A stretch of 35,705 nt of DNA from contig CBFIJD010000032.1 in the NCBI GenBank assembly GCA_965662845.1, forward strand, positions 1 to 35,705. The letters are read 5' to 3'. The position numbers and the translations under genes are program-made. Position 1 is the stretch's first letter. Each line of letters opens with the position of its first letter. Shown here piece after piece: positions 15,940-24,606 of the stretch. The stretch is from an uncultured bacterium (GTDB lineage: Bacteria; SAR324; NAC60-12). The notes under the pieces were generated by a model. It was not told the DNA's origin and made no database searches. It worked only from the letters and a program-made list of their open reading frames with translations.

Positions 15940-17637
15940 TTAAGCTTTGACGCGCGCGTCGGCGATTTCTTCTACAAGTGAGGCGCGCAGGACTTGCTGT
16001 TGCAGCTCAGCAAAGTTGTCGAGTTGGTCGGCGTTCGGCGTGTAGTAAATGTTCAGGTTACCACGGTCGGTGTCTTCCCAAAAGGTTGGGCCAGAGAACT
16101 TCAGCCGCGCGAAGATGATTTTCATGTTTTTCTCGAACGTCTCTTCGCCTAACAGCGCGCGATCTTGCATCGTGTCCTGAGCGATCACGCGCGCTCGTCG
16201 CTCATCTCCTTCGTGGAGATAGTGCAGGGCCAGCCCGATGTGCAGCAAGCGAATGCCGTGAGATTTGCTGAAGAAGGCGACGATCTGCGGTCGTTCTGCT
16301 CCGGTTGGATTATCTAACTGCAAGAAGCTCTGCAAGAGCGTGTCATGGATGGTTTCGTCCCACTGTCGCTCTGCCACACGAATCATGACCTTTTTCATCT
16401 CGGTGGCGATGACATCTAAGATGAAGCCCACGCTCGGAGCCTGCTGCGTCGCCTTGAAACACTCGTTGTTGTAGAAGGTCATGTAGAAAAAGCAGGTCTT
16501 CACCCGATCAATCATGTCGGCGCAGGTGAGCGCGTCCATGAACAACCCGTAGTGGAAAATCAGGTTATACAGGTTGCGGGGTTCATTGTTCAGCAGGGCG
16601 TGTTTGAGGGCGAAACGAAGGTGTGTGTTGAAGCGCACCATCACCAGCGAGATGAGGTCGTCGTCCTGCAACTCAATCGCTCTCCGGCCTAAGCGCCCGA
16701 CCTGTTCTGTGCAGAGAGTCGACAGGTCGAACGCTCCGTTCTCCAAAAAGGTGATGTAGACGTTCCCAATCAGGCGGAGGCTTTTTTGTTCAAAGAAGAG
16801 CCGCGTTTTTTCGATGGTCTCCATTTCGCTCTGCATGGTTTTGAACGAGATGTCTGCGCGAATATTGGGCTGAATCTGAAAAAAGTTGGCGGGTAGCTTT
16901 CGTTTCAGCGCAGCGTACTCCACGAGCAGGTCACCGAGGCCTTCAATGATTTGCGCCTTGGGCTCTTTGTAGGGGGTATAGGTGAGTAAGTCGATGAGCT
17001 GATTTTGCGCTTCAAACAGGTTGAATTGTTCTTTGGGGTAGGCTTCTTTTTCTCTGCGATCTCTGACTTTGCCGAGGAGCGTTTGGCTGCCGGCTAACAC
17101 ATTTTGAATTACCGCGTGCGTTTTGGTGGACATCAATACGGCGAGGATGAAGGGGAAACAACCGAGGAGATAAATGGGCATCAGCACGTGATAGTTGAAC
17201 ACGAGGCTGGAGGCGACATCATAGCCGAGCTCTGGGAGCAATTTGATGGTGTAATCGTGCATCGTACAAGCGAACGTCCACCACACCGCCACCAGCGTGG
17301 GGATGTTCTCCATGTAGAGGTCAATCAGCTTAGGCGTGCTCTGCGCAGCCAAACTCACCACCACTGTGATGCTCCCCAAGATGAACGCGAAGTGGAGGGT
17401 CCACACGATGGGCGCGTAGCCCGCGTCGATGTTGTCCCAGAGCAGCCCATCCTCTGGCCTGGGCAATGACTCAGCGTAGATCGGGAAGATGAAAGCGTCG
17501 AACAATCGGTCGAGGATGACGACTAAGATGAGGTTGGCCACCGCGATTTTCAGCGAGAGCTGGCCAGTCAAAAGCTTCTGGAGGGGAGCCCCCCAATTGC
17601 TGAGGGATGAGGTTGCGGTGGTCGCCTGAGCCTGCAT
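15940..17637 (-). CDS. Membrane protein, DUF2254-like N-terminal TM region plus a helical cytoplasmic domain
   Basis: About 4 N-terminal TM helices. GSITVVVSLAAQSTPKLIDLYM resembles the DUF2254 'SIT...LASSQYSPRL' motif. Lies within the rpoZ-lipA-aroA run. Confidence 0.55.
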   Translation of the reverse strand: MQAQATTATSSLSNWGAPLQKLLTGQLSLKIAVANLILVVILDRLFDAFIFPIYAESLPRPEDGLLWDNIDAGYAPIVWTLHFAFILGSITVVVSLAAQSTPKLIDLYMENIPTLVAVWWTFACTMHDYTIKLLPELGYDVASSLVFNYHVLMPIYLLGCFPFILAVLMSTKTHAVIQNVLAGSQTLLGKVRDRREKEAYPKEQFNLFEAQNQLIDLLTYTPYKEPKAQIIEGLGDLLVEYAALKRKLPANFFQIQPNIRADISFKTMQSEMETIEKTRLFFEQKSLRLIGNVYITFLENGAFDLSTLCTEQVGRLGRRAIELQDDDLISLVMVRFNTHLRFALKHALLNNEPRNLYNLIFHYGLFMDALTCADMIDRVKTCFFYMTFYNNECFKATQQAPSVGFILDVIATEMKKVMIRVAERQWDETIHDTLLQSFLQLDNPTGAERPQIVAFFSKSHGIRLLHIGLALHYLHEGDERRARVIAQDTMQDRALLGEETFEKNMKIIFARLKFSGPTFWEDTDRGNLNIYYTPNADQLDNFAELQQQVLRASLVEEIADARVKA

Positions 17638-17657
17638 ACGGAGTTGAGAGATGCGGG

Positions 17658-17879
17658 TTAGTCGTTTGTGAGCGAGTTGTCAGGGCGCTGGTAGCGGATG
17701 CGTCCTTCGTTGGTCTCGAGAATCGCTTGAAACGTTGGTTTATGCTCAAGCCGCGCCTTTTCGTCCTCTTCAAGTTCGTAAATCTTCTTGGCTCGTTTCG
17801 CTGTTACGATCACTTTTTCAAAGAGGTTGATGCCTTTTTGGTTGTGTTCTTCCATAAATCGTAAGTAGTCCAAACTCAT
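17658..17879 (-). CDS. rpoZ: RNA polymerase omega subunit
   Basis: NLFEKVIVTAKRAKKI...HKPTFQAILETNEGRI matches the omega signature (N-x-[FY]-x-L-V-x-x-x-A-K-R-A ... K-P-x-x-x-A-x-x-E-x-x-x-G). Confidence 0.8.
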   Translation of the reverse strand: MSLDYLRFMEEHNQKGINLFEKVIVTAKRAKKIYELEEDEKARLEHKPTFQAILETNEGRIRYQRPDNSLTND

Positions 17880-17918
17880 TGCATTTCTCCGGGAAATGGA
17901 CGTGAAGAGAGAAGGATT

Positions 17919-18581
17919 TCAGCGCAGCTGTCGCAACAAGTCTGCGGCCTCTTGCTGAAAGGGAGAGGAATCTAGGTTGGCGAGTTTTTCCAAGTGGGGA
18001 CGAGCCTCATCCGTTTTTCCTTGCGCGAGCGCGAGGCGGGCAAGCGAGCGCAAGCGGAGGTCATCCCAGCGGGCCGAGTCAATTTGCAGCAAACTCTGGC
18101 GCGCGTTGTCCCACTGCTGCTGTTCCTCTTGCAGAGCGGCGAGATTCAGACGCGCTAAATTTTTAGAGAAGTCTGGAGCCTCGGGCAGGTCAATCACGGC
18201 TTGTAGGTGCTTCGCCGCAGCCTCCCAATTCTTTTGCGCGGAGAAGACTTCGGCGAGCTGCAGCTGGCCAGCGACGCGCAGCGAGACGGTCTCGGCTTGT
18301 TCTAGGTAGTGCTCTAAAGCTTGAACTTGCTGGGCGGGTTGTTGTTGTTGAGCCGCGCGCAAAGCGGCCTGCTGCGCCGCAAAAAACAAGTTCGCTTCCG
18401 CTTCCACGTCTTCTGTTTCTTGCGTTTGCCAGAACCAAAATCCAAAGATGCCCACCACCGCAGCGATGCCGGCGGCGAGGAAGATTTGGCGATGGCGATA
18501 AACTTTGTCGACCGTGTTGAAGAGAAATTGTTGAAAGGGGTCAGGACGATTGAGGTCGGGCGAAGGAGGCGTTTGCTGCAT
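17919..18581 (-). CDS. YfgM-like membrane-anchored TPR protein
   Basis: Short cytoplasmic N-terminus, one TM (IFLAAGIAAVVGIFGFWFW), then TPR-like helices (LQLAEVFSAQKNWEAAAKHL; LARLNLAALQEEQQQWDNA; LARLALAQGKTDEAR). Confidence 0.75.
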   Translation of the reverse strand: MQQTPPSPDLNRPDPFQQFLFNTVDKVYRHRQIFLAAGIAAVVGIFGFWFWQTQETEDVEAEANLFFAAQQAALRAAQQQQPAQQVQALEHYLEQAETVSLRVAGQLQLAEVFSAQKNWEAAAKHLQAVIDLPEAPDFSKNLARLNLAALQEEQQQWDNARQSLLQIDSARWDDLRLRSLARLALAQGKTDEARPHLEKLANLDSSPFQQEAADLLRQLR

Positions 18582-18674
18582 AAATTCGCGAAGCAGAGAG
18601 GAGGATCAGGAGTTCCGCCGGGACGCTGACCATGCTTTTTGCATGAGTCGGCAACAGAGCAAAATCCCTGTGTC

Positions 18675-18750
18675 GGCAAATTAAAAGTCAAGTCTCTTAT
18701 CCTGAACGTGTTTCCTGCGTTGATCAAGATAAAAGGTTGGCTTATTTGCT
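18675..18750. other. Long imperfect hairpin in a divergent promoter region
   Basis: Nested pairs GGCAAAT/ATTTGCT, AAGTCAA/TTGGCTT, TTATC/GATAA and ACG/CGT. Confidence 0.4.
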
Positions 18751-18802
18751 GCAAAGCTCAGGATCATTTTCCAGAATGCACATGAACATCCGATGGTTCA
18801 GA

Positions 18803-19249
18803 ATGAACACTCTGTTGCGCCGAAGGCTCGCCCCGCTGGCTAAGTTACTGATTTTGTTTTGTAGCGCAGCTTTGCTGATGGGCATGGGGGGAGGAGACGA
18901 GAACGCCGCAGGTAGCATGCCGCTACCTGAGAAGAACTTCTCCGTCAAAATGACCGATCGCAGCGGGCTGCAAACACAGTCCAGCAAGCTGACGTGGGAA
19001 GGGAAAGTTCACTTTCGAGGCAAGTATGGCGAAGCCACCGTGAACGTGCCTTTCGCCAAAATTAAGAACGCCGCCTTTCAAACCATGAGCAGCGGCGAAG
19101 CCGAGTATAGCGTCGCGAGCATCACCCTTCACTCTGGGCAACAGATTGAGCTGGCGCTGGAAAACCAAACCAGCGTGTATGCAGAAACCCCGTTTGGCGA
19201 GCTGGAAATCAGCGTCGCTGACCTCCGCCTGTTGGAATTCTCCGAATGA
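18803..19249 (+). CDS. Exported hypothetical protein (start uncertain, 18776-18803)
   Basis: Signal peptide (RRRLAPLAKLLILFCSAALLMG) and a beta-rich body. The stop overlaps the next start (ATGA). Confidence 0.75.
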   Translation: MNTLLRRRLAPLAKLLILFCSAALLMGMGGGDENAAGSMPLPEKNFSVKMTDRSGLQTQSSKLTWEGKVHFRGKYGEATVNVPFAKIKNAAFQTMSSGEAEYSVASITLHSGQQIELALENQTSVYAETPFGELEISVADLRLLEFSE

Positions 19250-20499
19250 TCTCACAACGTCTCCTCTTCGGGCTGCTAGGCCTGTTGCTGTGGCCCAGCC
19301 TGCTGTGGGCCCAATCCAATTTTTTCCAAGAAGATGTCTTCCAGTTCGAAACGGACGTAATGAGCGGGTTCAGTGATGATGGGCGCGTGAAGGTGCTGAT
19401 GTTGACCCTCTCTCCTTACGGCATGACGGAGACTGCGGCAGACGAAGTCGCCAAGGCGCTGCAGCTGAGTATTTTCAACACCAATCACTTCACGGTGGTT
19501 GGGCCGTCAGAGTGGAACGCCCAAATTCGAGATCGTGACCCAAGCCTCGCGGACTGCAATGACATCGCCTGCGGAGTCCTCATCGGGAAGCTGTTCCGCG
19601 CAGACAAAGTGCTGGTCGGCTCCATTCGGACAGAAAATGTGCTGATGGGAATGGATGAGGTTCCTGGCATGACACTCTCCGTCCGACTCGTAGACGTAGT
19701 GACCAACGAAACCAATTTTACAGACGAGATTCAATTCACAGACGATCAGATGCACGAGCAGCTCTTCTTGCTGGCTCGTCGGCTCTCTGACAACACAGAG
19801 CTGCAAGGCTTCGTGACCGGTCTGACCTCCAGCGGAATTGTGATTGATTTGGGCACCGAGCACGGACTGGAAATGGGGACTCAGCTCACAGTTTTTCGCA
19901 GAGAGACTAATGATCTGGAGCTGCAGGGAGAAGGGACGCCAGCCACCGAGACCAACATCGCGATCGCCCGCGTTCATCGCGTGAGTGAGGGCAGCGCCGA
20001 CGCAATCATCATTCAGCGCCTGACTCCCGTACAAGAGGGCGACCTAGTCCGCACCTACATCAACTTTGATAAGCAGATTCGTTTGATCTCGACCGCGCGC
20101 AGAGAGCTAGACACGCAAAAGCGTCTCACGCCCCCAACAGAGCCGCTGAATTTGCAACCTGAGTTGGTCGTCAGCGAAGAAGATCTCTGGCGCCGGCGCC
20201 TCGCTCGGGCCGAAGCGGAAGAGGAGCGTTGGATGCTGGCGACGATTGGAACCGGCGCGGGTACGCTCCTGTTGCTAAGCGGAAACTTAGCGATTGTCGA
20301 GCAAGGGGGCATTGGACAAATTCTGCCTTGGGCCGCTGGCGGAGCCTTCTTATACAGCGGCTATGAGTACTTGCAGGCGAGAAATCTAGTCAGCGAACTC
20401 AGCGCTGAAGGGGCGGTCAAAGGTTACAGCTCCAACTGGAATTTTGAGGTGCAATGGCTGCCCGACCGCACAGAAGTTTCCTTGGAATATCGCTTCTGA
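19246..20499 (+). CDS. Exported protein with a CsgG/TolB-N-like domain and an FlgT-C-like domain
   Basis: Signal peptide. HFTVV...CNDIACGVLIGKLFRADKVLVGSI...LSVRLVDV (CsgG-like fold). IVIDLGTEHGLEMG..LTVFR...IARVHRV...QEGDLV (FlgT-C-like). Ends in VSLEYRF. Confidence 0.6.
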   Translation: MISQRLLFGLLGLLLWPSLLWAQSNFFQEDVFQFETDVMSGFSDDGRVKVLMLTLSPYGMTETAADEVAKALQLSIFNTNHFTVVGPSEWNAQIRDRDPSLADCNDIACGVLIGKLFRADKVLVGSIRTENVLMGMDEVPGMTLSVRLVDVVTNETNFTDEIQFTDDQMHEQLFLLARRLSDNTELQGFVTGLTSSGIVIDLGTEHGLEMGTQLTVFRRETNDLELQGEGTPATETNIAIARVHRVSEGSADAIIIQRLTPVQEGDLVRTYINFDKQIRLISTARRELDTQKRLTPPTEPLNLQPELVVSEEDLWRRRLARAEAEEERWMLATIGTGAGTLLLLSGNLAIVEQGGIGQILPWAAGGAFLYSGYEYLQARNLVSELSAEGAVKGYSSNWNFEVQWLPDRTEVSLEYRF

Positions 20500-20588
20500 A
20501 ATGGGCTGGACTTGCAAAATTACATCGACGTGTCACATTCTTTGCAGTGTGTAGAGGGTTATAGACAACGCAGCCCCGCAGAGGAAAT

Positions 20589-20987
20589 ATGACGACATTT
20601 AGTGCGAATTCAGAGTTCGTTTATCACAGTTTTTACGACAACCTAATTGGGCGCATCAGCGAGCAAGAAATTCAGTCGCTCAACGTGTTGGGCAGCGACT
20701 TCTTTACGCTGGTGGATGAGTTGAGCAGCGATTTGTTGCTACAGCACCAGCACGACTATCTGCTCTTAGAAATGGACTTACAGACCTTCCACTGGGAGCT
20801 GCAAGTTTATGTGAACCAATTCCTGCGTGAGTCCTGCGGATCGCCCCTGCGCTTACGCTCCTTCTGTAAGCAGTTCCGTCAGCAGCTCCAAGATGACCCC
20901 TCCTTCGCGATGGAACTCAATCAGTCGCTGGTAGAAGGCTACCAAACGCGCTTCTATCCCACACCGAGCCCCGAACTTCTTGTCTAA
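20589..20987 (+). CDS. Hypothetical protein (132 aa)
   Basis: GAGG RBS and ATG. Fills the gap before DUF368. No motif recognised. Confidence 0.7.
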   Translation: MTTFSANSEFVYHSFYDNLIGRISEQEIQSLNVLGSDFFTLVDELSSDLLLQHQHDYLLLEMDLQTFHWELQVYVNQFLRESCGSPLRLRSFCKQFRQQLQDDPSFAMELNQSLVEGYQTRFYPTPSPELLV

Positions 20988-20991
20988 CTCC

Positions 20992-21972
20992 ATGCCCTCT
21001 CAGACAACTTCATCGGAACCCGCCTCTTGGCAGGATGCCTGGCGCACCTCTCCTGGACCAAAGTCTCGCAGAGAATCGGCGGCGCTGTTTGCGAAAGGTC
21101 TGGCGATGGGGACCGCTGACATCATCCCCGGTGTCTCTGGTGGGACCATTGCCTTCATCACAGGCATTTACCAGCAGCTCCTCAACGCAGTCGCCTCCGC
21201 AAATTTGAACACCCTTCATCTGGCGCTGCGGGGCCAACTGAAAGCGGCGCTCGCGACCGTCCACTTGCGTTTCCTGCTGGTGTTGTTAGCGGGGATTGTT
21301 GTGGCCGTGGTCTCGACCGCGCGGCTGATGCACACGCTTTTGCGAGACTTCCCGATTGAGACGTGGTCGCTGTTCTTCGGCCTGATCCTCGCGTCGATTT
21401 GGTACGTGGGGAAGGAAGTCAAGCAATGGACCAGCAACGCGGTCGCGTTTGTGCTGATCGGGGCGCTCTTTGCCTACATGGTGGTGGGGATGATTCCAGT
21501 GCGGACTCCAGAGTCTGCCTGGTTCTTGTTTTTATGCGGTTCCATCGCGATTTGCGCGATGATTTTGCCCGGTTTGAGTGGCTCCTTCTTATTGCTGATT
21601 CTCGGCAAATATCAGTTCATCACAGGCGCGATTCGGGATCCTTTCGCTGAGGGGCACCTCCAAGCGTTGGGCGCATTTCTCGTCGGATGTGTGGTCGGAA
21701 TTTTGGGATTCAGCCGGGTGTTGAAGTACTGCTTAGCGCATTATTACAACGCGACCGTCTGTGTGCTGACTGGGCTGATGATCGGGGCGATGCGGAAAGT
21801 ATGGCCGTGGAAGGTGGTGCTGGAGAGTGAGTTGATTCGCGGCAAAGAATATGTGTTGCGAGAAGAGAATATTTTGCCTGCAGTGAACGGACAGCTTGCC
21901 ATCGCGCTGAGCTTAATGGGGGCGGGGCTCGTCTTCGTTATTCTGTTGGAGCGCTTGGCGCGCCGTGCTTAA
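20992..21972 (+). CDS. DUF368 family membrane protein (putative undecaprenyl-phosphate translocase)
   Basis: Two re-entrant motifs, GTADIIPGVSGGTIAFITGIY and AICAMILPGLSGSFLLLILGKY, plus GLMIGAMRKVWPWK. Confidence 0.9.
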   Translation: MPSQTTSSEPASWQDAWRTSPGPKSRRESAALFAKGLAMGTADIIPGVSGGTIAFITGIYQQLLNAVASANLNTLHLALRGQLKAALATVHLRFLLVLLAGIVVAVVSTARLMHTLLRDFPIETWSLFFGLILASIWYVGKEVKQWTSNAVAFVLIGALFAYMVVGMIPVRTPESAWFLFLCGSIAICAMILPGLSGSFLLLILGKYQFITGAIRDPFAEGHLQALGAFLVGCVVGILGFSRVLKYCLAHYYNATVCVLTGLMIGAMRKVWPWKVVLESELIRGKEYVLREENILPAVNGQLAIALSLMGAGLVFVILLERLARRA

Positions 21973-22486
21973 CAATTCTTCCTACAGAACCCCGACCACA
22001 ACGCTCGCCGTCCACCCACGTGGCTTCCTGAAAGTTGACCCCTGCCAGCTGGATGGGGTCTTGAAAATGTTCTGCTAAATCAGATCCTTCCAGATTGCTC
22101 CCCCAAAAATTTGCTTGCAGCAGCTGGGCGTCTTCCCATTTGGTCTCCCGCAAGTCTGCAAACTTGGCCCACGTTTTTTTCAAGCAGGCGGTCTTGAACG
22201 TTGCGCCGGCTAGATAAGCGCCCCAGAGGTTGGTTCGATGTAAATTGGAGTAATCCAAATTAGCCGCTTGTAAGTTTGCCCCCTGCAAGTCGGCGGACTC
22301 CAAGTTCGCGGCCTGTAAGTTCGCGCCTTCTAGGTTGGCTCCCTTCAGCACGACTCCTCGCAGGTCGGCTTCCGACAAGTTTGTTTGAGTGAGGTTTGCC
22401 TGACAGCCCTCTTGACCTTTGGACGTGAGCCAGAGCTGGTGTTGCTCTAGAATCGTTTGCAGCTGCTCTGTGGAGATTGTGCGCAT
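21938..22486 (-). CDS. Pentapeptide-repeat protein
   Basis: A[ND]LxX repeats (ANLEGANLQAANLESADLQGANLQAANL) with a typical N-cap (ILEQHQLWLTSKGQEG) and C-cap (ATWVDGERCGRGSVG). Confidence 0.9.
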   Translation of the reverse strand: MRTISTEQLQTILEQHQLWLTSKGQEGCQANLTQTNLSEADLRGVVLKGANLEGANLQAANLESADLQGANLQAANLDYSNLHRTNLWGAYLAGATFKTACLKKTWAKFADLRETKWEDAQLLQANFWGSNLEGSDLAEHFQDPIQLAGVNFQEATWVDGERCGRGSVGRIVKHGAPSAPTE

Positions 22487-22513
22487 GTGGAAACTTTCAG
22501 AAAATGCTGGGGT

Positions 22514-22690
22514 TTAGCGATCCGTTTGACTTTGAGCGCAGAGACAACCGCCGCGCAAATCGACCAGTTTGAACTCTTTAGACGACAGCGCTTGAACGGC
22601 GACAAGCCCACAAAAGAGCATCAAGAAGAGCAACCACCGCCAGAGGTTTGACCAGCCGCTTCGCCGTAGATTAGATGAGTTTGTGTGCAT
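22514..22690 (-). CDS. Small single-TM or exported protein (58 aa)
   Basis: GGAG RBS just after the lpdA stop and ATG at 22690. Hydrophobic stretch LWRWLLFLMLFCGLVAVQAL and a C-terminal GGCLC. Fills the lpdA-pentapeptide gap. Confidence 0.5.
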   Translation of the reverse strand: MHTNSSNLRRSGWSNLWRWLLFLMLFCGLVAVQALSSKEFKLVDLRGGCLCAQSQTDR

Positions 22691-22705
22691 ATTGCTCTCC
22701 ACAAG

Positions 22706-24457
22706 TTAGGCCGCAGGTTTTTTGGCGGGCTTCTTTTTCGGGATGTACAAGTCTGTGATGGTGCCTTCGAAGGCCTCGGCTGCCATCGCAACGGTTTCAG
22801 AGAGCGTCGGATGCGGGTGAATCGTGGAGCCGATGTCAGAGGCTTCACACCCCATCTCGATCGCGAGTGCGCCTTCGGCAATCAAATCTCCGGCGCTTGG
22901 GCCTACAATCGCCATGCCGAGAATACGGTCGGTGGCTTCGTCAAAGATCACTTTGGTCACCCCTTCTTCTCTGCCCAAGGCGAGAGAGCGGCCACTGGCG
23001 GCCCAAGGGAAGACTCCTTTGCCATAGGCGATCCCCTGTTGCTTGGCTTCTTCTTCCGTTAATCCCACCCAGGCGACTTCGGGGTCGGTGTATGCAACGG
23101 ATGGAATCACGCGAGCGTCGAAATGAGAGTTCAGACCAGAGCAAACTTCAGCGGCGACTTTGCCCTCGTGAGTGGCTTTGTGCGCGAGCATGGGCTGCCC
23201 AATAATGTCTCCAATTGCGAAAATGTGAGGAACATTGGTGCGCATTTGAGAGTCGGTAGCGATGAAGCCGCGCTCGTCTACGGCGACGCCAGCTTTGTCA
23301 GCGGCGATTTTCTTGCCGTTTGGAACGCGCCCGACGGCGCTGAGGACGAGGTCAAATAGTTGAGGTTCGGCAGGTGCGTGCTTGCCTTCAAACGTGACGC
23401 GAATGCCCTCGTCTAGAGCCTCTGCTTGGGTCACGCGCGTCTCCAGCCAGATGTGTGGGTAGCGCTTGGCGATCCATTTTTGGTAGGGGCGGACGATGTC
23501 GCGGTCGGCTCCCAGCATCAGGCCGTTGGCCATTTCAACGACGGTGATTTCTGCGCCGAGGGCGTGATAGACGGTCGCCATTTCTAGGCCAATAATCCCG
23601 CCGCCGATGACCAACATCTTTTTAGGGCGACTCCGCAGCTCGAGCGCGCCGGTGGAGTCTACGATGCGGGGGTCTTCAGGCAAAAAAGGCAGCTGAACGG
23701 GCACCGAACCCGCCGCGATAATGGCGTTTTGGAATTTGACAACTTTCGTCTGTCCTTCGTTGTCTGTGACTTGGATGTGGTAGGGATCTAGAAATTCTCC
23801 GTATCCTTTCACGACGTGAACTTTGCGCTGCTTAGACATTCCCCCCAATCCTCCGACTAACTTCCCCACGACGTCGTCTTTCCAAGAGCGCAGCGCGTCA
23901 AGGTCAATTTCTGGGGCGCTGAACTTGATCCCGTGGGCAGACATGTGCTGGGCTTCGTCAATCACTTTGGCGGCGTGCAGCAAGGCTTTGGAAGGGATAC
24001 ATCCCACGTTCAAGCAGACGCCTCCAATTTTCTCTTTCTCAATCAGGATGGTATCGAGCCCCAGGTCGGCTGCTCGGAAGGCGGCAGTGTATCCACCAGG
24101 CCCAGAACCAAGCACGACAACGTGAGCTTCTAAGTCCGCTGCGCCTGCGCCGATAGAGGCCGGTTGTGGGGCGGAAACCGGAGCCGAGGGCGCTTCTGCT
24201 TCAAAGGCTGGTGCGGCTGCGCTCGCGGCCAATTTTAGGATGGGTGAGCCCTCAGAGACGCGATCTCCGACTTGGACTAGCCACTCTTGAATGACACCAC
24301 TCTGGGGCGAGGGAACATCCATCGTGGCTTTATCAGACTCTAAAGTCAGCAGGCTATCCTCTGCCTGAACGGAGTCCCCAACTTGGGCGAGTAATTCAAT
24401 GATCTCAACGTCTTTGAAGTCTCCGATATCGGGGACGCAAACTTCAGTCAGGCTCAT
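22706..24457 (-). CDS. lpdA: Dihydrolipoyl dehydrogenase with an N-terminal lipoyl domain
   Basis: GGAGG RBS and ATG 24457. Lipoyl domain (LESDKATMDVPS), Ala/Pro linker, GSGPGG, GGVCLNVGCIPSK, GGGIIGLE and HPHPTLSE. Confidence 0.96.
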   Translation of the reverse strand: MSLTEVCVPDIGDFKDVEIIELLAQVGDSVQAEDSLLTLESDKATMDVPSPQSGVIQEWLVQVGDRVSEGSPILKLAASAAAPAFEAEAPSAPVSAPQPASIGAGAADLEAHVVVLGSGPGGYTAAFRAADLGLDTILIEKEKIGGVCLNVGCIPSKALLHAAKVIDEAQHMSAHGIKFSAPEIDLDALRSWKDDVVGKLVGGLGGMSKQRKVHVVKGYGEFLDPYHIQVTDNEGQTKVVKFQNAIIAAGSVPVQLPFLPEDPRIVDSTGALELRSRPKKMLVIGGGIIGLEMATVYHALGAEITVVEMANGLMLGADRDIVRPYQKWIAKRYPHIWLETRVTQAEALDEGIRVTFEGKHAPAEPQLFDLVLSAVGRVPNGKKIAADKAGVAVDERGFIATDSQMRTNVPHIFAIGDIIGQPMLAHKATHEGKVAAEVCSGLNSHFDARVIPSVAYTDPEVAWVGLTEEEAKQQGIAYGKGVFPWAASGRSLALGREEGVTKVIFDEATDRILGMAIVGPSAGDLIAEGALAIEMGCEASDIGSTIHPHPTLSETVAMAAEAFEGTITDLYIPKKKPAKKPAA

Positions 24458-24606
24458 GTGGACCTCCTGCGGGTAGTTGTTCAGAAAATTCTTCCCCATT
24501 TGGGCGGAAGTGCGGTATGACATAGCTCCCAAAGAGTCGCAAGTACCGCTGTTGATTCACTTTTTTGAATATTGCAAGGTTGTGCATGGATGGGATAACA
24601 CGCAGG

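Noticed and set aside
18738..18753. Sigma54 promoter TGGCTTATTTGCTGCA
   Set aside because: The spacing is right but both half-sites deviate from consensus. It is mentioned only as a weak possibility, not as a feature.
21938..22486. Qnr/MfpA-type quinolone resistance protein
   Set aside because: Generic A[ND]LxX repeats with caps typical of uncharacterised pentapeptide proteins. No Qnr-specific features or mobile context.
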